A stretch of DNA of 64,000 nucleotides. It comes from Octopus bimaculoides. Lineage: Eukaryota. The position numbers were made by a program, and so were the translations under genes. Shown here piece after piece: positions 54,531-64,000 of this stretch. Where the stretch lies: assembly GCF_001194135.2 (NCBI RefSeq), contig NC_068982.1, positions 109,511,160-109,575,159 of the forward strand. Direction: 5' to 3'. How positions within the stretch are numbered: the stretch's first letter is position 1; every line of letters begins with the position of its first letter. The notes under the pieces were generated by a model. The model made no database searches. It was not told where the DNA came from and was given only the letters and a program-made list of their open reading frames with translations.

Positions 54531-55157
54531 AAATAAATTAAAAGTTGCAGTGACATGTCATATATTTTGTAGATATATCTTTGTATTACTTTAATTTCAT
54601 AGCTTACGGTGTTTTGATTGGGACTCTCTTGGTTGTAAAGAAAATTCCAGCATGTTTTTAGTAGCAACTAAAACTTGTGCTTTGCAGAGAGGGAGGGGAG
54701 AGAGAGAGAGAGAGAGAGAGAGACATACAGACAGACAGAAGGAGAGAGAGAGAGAAAAAGGAAGAAAGAGAGCGCGGAATGCATTAGAGAGGGAGGATAT
54801 GAGAATTTACCTCGTGGGGTAAAAGTTACTTTCGAGAAATTAATTAAATTCGAGGACGGGGCAATTCAGTTCAATTCTACATTCTACAGCAATAAATTAA
54901 ATAAATTAAAAGTTGCAGAGACATGTCATATATTTTTTAGATATATCTTTGTATTATATTAAGATCATAGTTTGCGGTGTTTTGACTGGAACTCTCTTGG
55001 TTGTAAATAAACTTCCAGCTTGTTTTTAATAGCAAATAAAGCTTGTACTTTGCAGACAGGGAGACGCAGAGAGAGGGAGGGGAGGAGACAGAAGGAGAGA
55101 GAGAGAGGAAGAGAGAGAGCGAGGAATGAGAATTTACCTCGTGTGTTAAAAGTTATT
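54531..55157 (+). repeat. Diverged ~300-bp tandem duplication (about 54531-54830 and 54900-55157)
   Basis: Both copies: aaataaattaaaagttgcag.gacatgtcatatatt...ctctcttggttgtaaa...tttgcaga.(GA)n...gagaatttacctcgtg..taaaagtta. Confidence 0.9.
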
Positions 55158-55161
55158 ATTA

Positions 55162-55231
<70 letters not shown>

Positions 55232-56043
55232 CATTATCGACGTATAAGACATACTTATCGCCGTAGTGTAGTAGTGAAAGACTAGGATGTAAAATCTATT
55301 TTGAAAATTATGTTACCATAATCATTCATATATTTATACATTCCTGCTGCAGTCAGGGTGATGCCCTTTGAAATTTGTAACCGTTACAAAATGAGTCCCA
55401 TATGTTAATTGCCCACTAAGCATACCTGTGAATGTGAGAACGATATTGAAACACGTGTACGTATACCGACCTAGATTCGCAGGAAACCGAAAATAAAATC
55501 TATTTTATTAGTAATCATAACTATGATTGTTCTGTGCATAAGTACTAAAATGGTATACTTCGTACCATTATCGTTTAAAACATTACTTAAAGGAATTTTA
55601 AACGTATACATAGTATTAGCTTTAATTATCTTACAAACTTTACGCTAATATTTTAAGTATCAATGTTCTACATCCTATCGAGGTAAACATTTTCAGAACG
55701 CGTATAAAATCTGTGTCAGATGTATCATATACAAGGAGAAATGCAGTGATAAGTCATATCGGTGTCTGATATATTTAAAGAACAGCACAGGTGAGGAATT
55801 AAATTGCAGACTTAATGGAAAAAAAATAACTTAAATATAATTCCTAAATCATGTCAGTGAGATTGTTTTAACTTGAGTTCAGTTCTGTGAGAAGTAGATC
55901 TCAAACTCATTTGGTAAATATTAACTTTCAGTTTCAGCATATTTTACTTATACTAAACTGGAGATAAGAACACTTACTAGTGACGATCATGCGCGCACAC
56001 AATCAAGACACTATATATATATATTAAGATAGCTGTCTCTAAG

Positions 56044-56138
<95 letters not shown>

Positions 56139-57849
56139 CACTGATACTCGATATAAATAATCATTTGATGCTATATCACGCTAAATGAAAAGAAATAAAT
56201 AAATATGTCGAGTTCATGAGCAAATAGTAAATTGAGAATTTGCACAGTTCACTGTACAGAAGTTGGATCATCTACTAATGATTATTTATATCGAGTATCA
56301 GCTCTGCAAAGTATTTGTTTAATTCATAAGAATACAAACCTACTGATTACTAAACTCATTTTGAAGTTGTAACTTTCCAGTTCTTAATTTTCTGAGCACC
56401 AACGGGAGGTCATTTAAGTGTTTTACATGGTGAGTCTGGATTGTAACTTTTATATAAACCTTTCAAAATTTTTAGCATTGTAAAAATGTATAATTCTGTT
56501 GAAAAATTAATTATCTTGCTATTTGTGTATTGAAATAATTGATTGTTTGCACTAATTTAAATGAAAGAAAAAATAAAAAAAACGATTGTTGATTATAAGA
56601 ATAGCTAAGTTGGTTTAGTATGACATAGATGTCAGCCAGACAATTTTGGATTGATTTTCCTTCATAACAAGAGTTCGAATCCTCTTGTCAGTAGATATAG
56701 GGTAGTGTTTCTAAATAAAATGATAAACTAATGGGCTGAAATAAATCAAAAGCGAAACTTTATCGGTTAGACAGCATTATTAATTTAATGTACGAATTGC
56801 ATTACACATACACACTAATTTCAGATAGATATGCGAAGCTACGACATCGAACTCCGTATATATCACTAATTTGATAGTTATTTGTGATCGCGTCATCTAC
56901 TGCTATGACGCCTCACTATAAAGGGGACTGATAGAATAATTTATCGTGCTGCACCTTTGGCATAAATTATCTTTTGGCGGCCGATCAGTAGTTAAATATC
57001 AAAAACAAAAGGCATCTAGTTTAGAAGAAAGACTGACTCTCTCTGTTGATAGTTGTAATGCAGTCGTCCAGCAAGTAATTTGTGTGGCTCGATTCCTAAC
57101 AGTGGCCTCTTTATCAGTTCCGCCGAAAAAAATTTTGATTATGTGGTCTAATGACTCTAATGGCATTTACAATAATGTTAATTTAAACCTCTGTGTTCTT
57201 TTAGGCAGTAAGAGTCTAGAAAATAGGGTTTCTGACCGCCCTCAAAACAGTTTGAAAATTAGATTTTTCTTTATTAAGAGCTCTTTGTATACCAGTCTAC
57301 TCATCAAAGAAATAACGCAGAAGCAATCTTTTCATGGTTGGCATATTGAACAAGAAACATCATACAAAAATGACTGATGTTTCATTTCTATTTGTAGCAC
57401 TACTTTAGTCGGTTGGTTAACAATCATAGAAAAGATATGCATTAAACCAGAACTATCCTACTCAATCATCATTTAGTGACAGTTTGTACATCGAAACGAT
57501 ATCACATTCAGGCATTCATCTAATTGCTCACATATAAACAAACACTCTGTTCTGCGCCATTTATTGATTCGCTAAAATGGAGTGTACATGTATTCTGTGA
57601 AAACTATTTTTAGTTGGAACGGGGAAGCTGTATGTATTACTAATATGGAGAAGATTGGTCAATGTTGCAATAGGAAAATGAGTTCTAGAGAAGGAACTAT
57701 TAACCTAGCCTACACTCGTTATCTCATACAGTGTAACAGTCTAGGAAAGTCGATCGAGTTTTTGTTTATTGTAGACTTATTTTTTGAACATCTGGAAGTT
57801 CTTATTTACGACATAAAATTCTAGTGCCTTATAAACATTCAATCAGTCG

Positions 57850-58480
57850 GGTTGGACTTACACATGTTGCATTCTGTTTCATTTGCTGAGTCTGGAGAAA
57901 AGGAAATGTTCATGGCCTTCGCAGACCCTTCAAAACTTATTAAGCTTGTGCCGTTAATGTTCCACTCAAACATGAGAGCAAGAAAAGTTTCCTGAGGGGT
58001 GACATTCTGGAGAAGAAAGACTAGAAACTGTGGTTAGTACGAAACTAGGGCGCTGGGCACTAAATAAGTATTCAAGTGAGATTAGAGGGGTGACTTGAAA
58101 ATACCTGAGTTAAGGTGGCACAAAACTCATAGTGGTAAAAAGGAACACAGAGAGACAGCAAGTGGGCCTTTCTTTGAATGTTTTTGTGTGCAGTACCGAC
58201 CGATATGTGAAGGTAGTATTCTACTGTAGACTTCTGCAGAGGTGTATAGAGTACCAGTAATTATAGTAGGGTGGAGTAGATTTTGGATCTGAAGAGGATT
58301 GGACTTTTACGATACGGTCTTTACTATGTTATGTATATGCTTTCCCTAGAAGTGATCCTCGGTGATAGTGAAGCCTAATATCTGGGGGAATCGTGAGAAC
58401 TCTAAGTGCTTCTCTTGATTAAGGGTATAAGTGATATGATGATGTTTTCTTGGTATGAATAATCCCTGAGTTCTTGTATC
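57850..58480 (-). mobile_element. Decayed L2/CR1-group LINE ORF2 3' fragment
   Basis: Minus strand LGFTITEDHF.GKHIHNIVKTVS, followed by frameshifted C-terminal-like residues. Confidence 0.45.
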
Positions 58481-58570
58481 ATTTACAAGAACTCGGGGGT
58501 TATTCATATCAAGAAAACATCATCATATCACATACACCCTTAATCAAGAGAGTTCTCACGATCGCCCCCA
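58383..58570. repeat. Near-perfect hairpin, stem of about 87 bp, 5-nt loop
   Basis: 58383-58478 is the reverse complement of 58484-58570 apart from a 10-nt insertion and a few substitutions; loop tcatt. Confidence 0.92.
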
Positions 58571-58969
58571 GTTGGATCATATCCCTTCTGAAAGATGCTT
58601 TCGAGTTCACCGTTGAAGAAATCGGTGTAGGTTTGACGTATAGTGTAAAAGCTGCACGTAGATGATATGTGGTTAGGCAAAGTTTAGATACGTGTGAGTT
58701 GTCATATCGCACACAACACAGTGAAACGTAAACTTCTTCCTTCTGCTAATTGTCCCCATTACAGTTACACAGAATAGTCAACATTCACTTTGAAAAGAAG
58801 ATAGTGGCTCAACATACATGCTCAAATACATTTGATATATTCATTTTCACTGTTAAATTCAACATTAAGATCTACCGCATTTAGCTTTGGTTTCTATGCA
58901 AAATATATACCAAAATTATATTTGTCTCAGTTTAATCAAACACACAACTCTGTCTGTCTGTCTATCTAC

Positions 58970-59035
<66 letters not shown>

Positions 59036-61820
59036 CTTTCTCTCTTTATACACACATATACACACAACACGAACACATACACACACATACACATTTCTGT
59101 CTGTATGTCTGTCCGTCCGCTTGTCTGTCTGTCTGTCCGTCCGCTTGTCTGTCTGTCTGTATTAATCTTTGTTTTTATGTCGTTATAAAACAATTTTGTA
59201 TTAAACTGAAGGATTACACAATTCCTTTTGTAGAGTATAAATTTAGTATTGACAGCAAATTCGAAGTTTCGGCCAGCCAACTATGCCATCATAGGACAGC
59301 ATGATGATAGCTGAACTGGCCGAAACGTTGGAGTCACTATCAATACTATTTTTGTCAAAGAAAATACACACACGCACACGCACGCACACACAACAGATGC
59401 ACGCACAGAAAACTCACGCACGCACACACACATATACACACACACGTGTGTATATAAGTGATAGTGACAATAAGTATGGCGATGGTGTTCTCACTTACAA
59501 AAGCAGACAGAGATATATAGAGAGGTAAATGGGAAAAGACAATTTACATTATATTTATTTTCTAATTAGAAAAATGATAATTTGCAGCAAACCTACTTTT
59601 GAGACCGCAATGTATACTAATAATATATGTGCATAAATAGTTACTTGACACTGCAGTAGATATGATATAATGACAACATACTATCAAAACATATAAAGAC
59701 CAGAAAATACTTCATTTCCCAACAGTTAGCTAATCCTATCCAAATCTTAATTGAAACTAAATGTAATTATGCTTACACAGCCGGAATATACGAAGACCGC
59801 ATCAATAACGACCACCAATCTTATTATCTGAACCGCAAACCTACTGTCTAACAACTGTACTTCTCTTACCTCAACTAGAGTGAACTCTGCTCTCCCGGTG
59901 CTTTTTTTGTTCTTGTAGCAGCTGGTCTATGGCTCTCCCAACTTACTTCGCATTCTTCTCTTGACATGTATATTGTGTCTACCCCAGGCTCACGCTATCA
60001 TGCTTAATCTTTGATTTATAGAACTTCAACTCTAAATACCAATAGTCTTCTTTAATGATACTGTAAACACTGGACTGTTGAAGTATCATTATTGTTAAAA
60101 TTAGAAATAAAAATTTTGAAGGATCAGATATACGATGTTTTTTATAAGTTTGTCGACTTTTAAATAGTGCATAAAATTAGAGGCAGATAATTATGCTTCA
60201 TTTTATGACTCGCATACCTTACTTTTAGGATATGTTTGACTTAGGCTATATACATCGATTTCCTTCTTCAGAAGGAATTATCTTCAACATGCCCCATGTT
60301 GGATCAGTTATTAACTTTATGTAACCTATGTATTTTTGTCTGAAATAATTTTTTTACATTATGGGGAAATAACATGCAACATTTTACTGTGGTTAACGTG
60401 TTATTTTTAAACATGGTTTTAACATACTAAAGAATAATATAATAACTTTATCAAACGAAGAGTAACTACTAATGTAATTTATAAAATGAATTCTATCATT
60501 TTATTTAAATTAAAATGTTGCTATAGCTTCAGTACAGCTTTTCTGCCATACTCGTCACTAATATTGATTTCAAATTTTGGCACAACGCCAATACTAGTCA
60601 CTAATGTTTATATCAAAAATTACCAACTAGCTTTAAATGGCGTAAATCTCTCATGTTCAATACAAACAAGATTACACTTTATATTGTTCAGTGGAATATA
60701 TCTCATGTATACTTTGTGACACAATAACATCCATTTTAAATCCTGCAATACAGCATCTGTATATAATATAGAAATTGGAGCTCTACACATCCTATATTGC
60801 ATATGTTAAGAAAAGGCTTTGCTTAAAGAATATGATTCAGCAAAGTTCTCCTGAAAAAGAAATCAATGGAACTAAATAGAAGATTTGACAGGTTTATAAG
60901 AATATATTCTGTCCTAAAAATCCTATTTGAAATGGATGCAGTTGCCGGTAGACAAAAGCCAATTTCACGCATTGTTGTCTATTCAACTATATTATTTCAA
61001 ATGCTTTGGGAGAATATGTCAGGATATGGTAGATGGGCAAATTCACTTAACAGTCGTAGTCGTATATGGTTATACATTACACATAAAAAGGAATACCGAA
61101 TGTATTACACGTAAATATATGAAACAGAAATTAACTATATCACTCTATAATCGAATAAAACAGCGTAACACTTATAGTTCACTTGCTGTATATTTATGTT
61201 TATATATTTCACACTGTTGATTTCACTCTCGCTATACATACGCACATCAGACTTCTCAAATTGATCACCAACGTATTAGATATATTACAAACAGATACGT
61301 TTGCACAAATGATCAAATGCTGAAACCATTGATTCAATAAAACAATATGACAGTATTGCCATAAATCTCCTTTGAACGCATCATTATACTAGCTCGTGGC
61401 ATTGTATAATTGATTTAATGTAAATTAGTCAAGTGCTTTTCAATGAGGTTACTTCATCACACCACAACGTCAGTTTAATTAACAGAAAAATAATATGCTG
61501 ATATTCAAAGAGGTCACCGTATATAGGCTGGTTGAAATCAGTACAGCTGGAGCTGCTCGAGGGATCGAGCGTTTCTGGCCCATTTACGGCTCATATTTAC
61601 AGTAAGGCTGGCCGCCAATAACCTGAACCATTTGTAACTGAATAAATTGAATTTAATAAACTCAACTGCTCAAGATTGGTTGGTTGTGAGACATTTTGTC
61701 ACGTATCCAAATGAGTATGTATGTATGCACGTATTCATGAATGCATGTATTTATGGATGTGTTTGTATGTATGCATGTATGTATGTGCGTGCGTGCGCGT
61801 GTGGGGTCTGCGCATGTGTG

Positions 61821-61864
<44 letters not shown>

Positions 61865-62875
61865 ATAGATTTCCCCTTATATCGGTGAACATTACCAAAA
61901 GTATATGGGAAACAAAATCTTCCTAGTTACAGACGAGCGGCTCACTTCATTCTATTTCTCGTACTGCAACCGCTGTCAAAAATGTAGTGAACTAGTAATT
62001 CGAAAATTTTAACATGTAATCAATAACGCTATTTTCAACAAATTGCAGTTTAAAATAAACAAAATAAACTGAAGTTTATAATATACATATATAAATACTC
62101 ACTAAGTAGCATCGAGTTTGTTTGAAATAGAATAAGTTAGTTGCATATACTAATATAGAGATTTCTATAGAAATACCATGGGAATACTCAGGTTAAATTG
62201 TACATTGATGTTCACATACTGAAATTGTAAGCTCCCTGTTCGCTGCAGTAAGAAATCACCAATGAATTAAGAACAGTAACTGGAACTGATAGGCTTCTGC
62301 GGAAACACACCAGCGTAAATTGGATTGAAGAAAAAAACCAAAGATATTTCTTAGTGGAGCGTGAAATAAAGTAGAGGTTAAAGTTTCTGGCGGAGGTCGT
62401 CGCCGGAGAGGAAATAGGATGATGAAATGCTCCGCTCGAAACTTTTCTCTCAGCTTCATCTCACTTTACTTCAAGATATAACTTTTTTCTTTTTATTTCT
62501 CTACTAATTGTACATTTGGCCACCACTTTAGATGTTTATTTTCTTTTGAAAGACTTTTAGCAGAACTGGATATCAACACTTTCTTTTCAAAGACTTTTAG
62601 AGGAACTTGGTAGCCTTATTTTTGCTAGTTGATCTCATGAACAGTATTATAAAAGGATATAATCTCTTTCTGCTTTTGTTAATCTATGAATTACTTGAAC
62701 ATAGTGCTTCGAAAGCCAATTCATCTTGCTTCAAGCATATTCCTATAGATGCTTACATATAATATTTTTTATAAAAATTGCATGCACACACATATATACA
62801 TGATGATGCATACAAAGTTAACGGTTAATGTATATAAGATCGAAAGAAACTTTAAAACTATTTTATATATTACTG

Positions 62876-63460
62876 CTCACAGCTGTGGTCACCCAGCAGT
62901 GTGAAATTAACAGTAGACCTTGAAGCAATCCAGAGAAGATTCACAAAGAAGATTGTCTCTTTGCAACTGCTCAGCTACTGGGAAAGGCTGAAACAGCTAA
63001 GACTCTACTCCCTGGAGAGAAGGCGGGAGAGGAATGTAGTAATATACATCTGGAAGATCCTGGAAGGAATTGTACCAAATTTTGGCATTGAAAGCTACAC
63101 CAATGCTAGAACGGGACGACACTGCATAGTGCCAAAGATCCCAGCAATGCCATCGCGCTTCAAGACCAGTTACTGCAACAGTTTGGGTTTCAGGGGCCCA
63201 CAGCTTTTTAATATTCTCCCAAAGAGCCTGAGGAACCTGCACAAAGTAGTGTAGGGGTTTTTAAATCAAAGCTGGACCTCTTCCTGTCGAGAGTCCCAGA
63301 TGAACCTACCTCGCGGCAGGAGGTGCAAATGAGGGTTGCTAAATCAAACTCCATTCTTCACCAAGTGCCACAAATTGTAAGAGGTTCCCTGTAATAACAG
63401 TGTAGCAACACGGCGGTGTATCAGCATGGCCGCAGCTCTAAGCTGAAAATATTTAAAAAA
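62876..63460 (+). mobile_element. CR1-clade LINE 3' fragment with 3' UTR and A-rich end
   Basis: LWSPSSVKLTVDLEAIQRRFTK...SYWERLKQLRLYSLERRRER...FRGPQLFNILPKSLRN...FKSKLDLFLSRVPDEP. Confidence 0.92.
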
Positions 63461-64000
63461 AAAAAAAAATATCTATAGACTGAAATTTCCAACGTCAATT
63501 TTTTCAACGATCTTAAGTCTCTTACATTCAATCATCTCAATAGAAATGCTAGCTGAAAGGTAGAACTGTCCAAGTCTAGTTGATGTGTAATTGGGAAGTC
63601 TTCTGTTTCTGAACGAAACCTCAGTGAAAGTTGAGGCATGCGTGTTTTCAGATGGAAATTGAAGATTTATAAAACTTCACAAATTTACGCCTGTTTATCT
63701 TTATGCTTAAATGAATAACAAATGCGGGTTTTGAGAAATGCCATTAACTGTGTATTGTGTACAACGTCCTGCAAATATATAGACTGGGTATCGACTCAAT
63801 CTAGCACTAATCTTCCTAAGACGCATGCCATTAATTGTGTTTTATGTATGACGCCTTGCAAATGTATAGAAGGTATTTACTCAACGAAGTGCTAAGCTTG
63901 CCAGAATGCAATGTTTGGATTGACATACATATGTCATAATAGGATGCGAATTTGTAGACTAGATCGATTATTTTTTAAATAGCATCCATCATTGGACACT

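Overview
AT-rich, microsatellite-dense, gapped eukaryotic DNA. The repeat content points to an octopus (coleoid cephalopod) draft genome; the species is an inference. One protein-coding gene is supported: five + strand exons (1443-1683, 4871-5083, 9634-9801, 13476-13577, 45843-46141) splice in frame into the middle of a RET-like receptor tyrosine kinase, covering the last cadherin-like domain, the cysteine-rich domain (CRD), a stalk, the TM helix and the juxtamembrane region. The 5' exons and the kinase exons were not found in the window. The introns hold tRNA-derived SINEs of several families, Tc1 and mariner relics, a hAT relic, Penelope-like fragments, CR1/L2/Tx1 LINE fragments and a nearly full-length R4/Dong-type LINE. 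Most notable observations: (i) a Pro-rich RET stalk with an extra Cys-x-Cys on a frame-preserving 102-nt exon; (ii) a tRNA-headed SINE whose tail folds as a Penelope-type minimal hammerhead ribozyme; (iii) a decayed 18S rRNA fragment inside a RET intron; (iv) two long near-perfect intronic hairpins; (v) a 3' tail shared by a CR1-like LINE and a SINE family. All alignments were made by eye; no database search was run.
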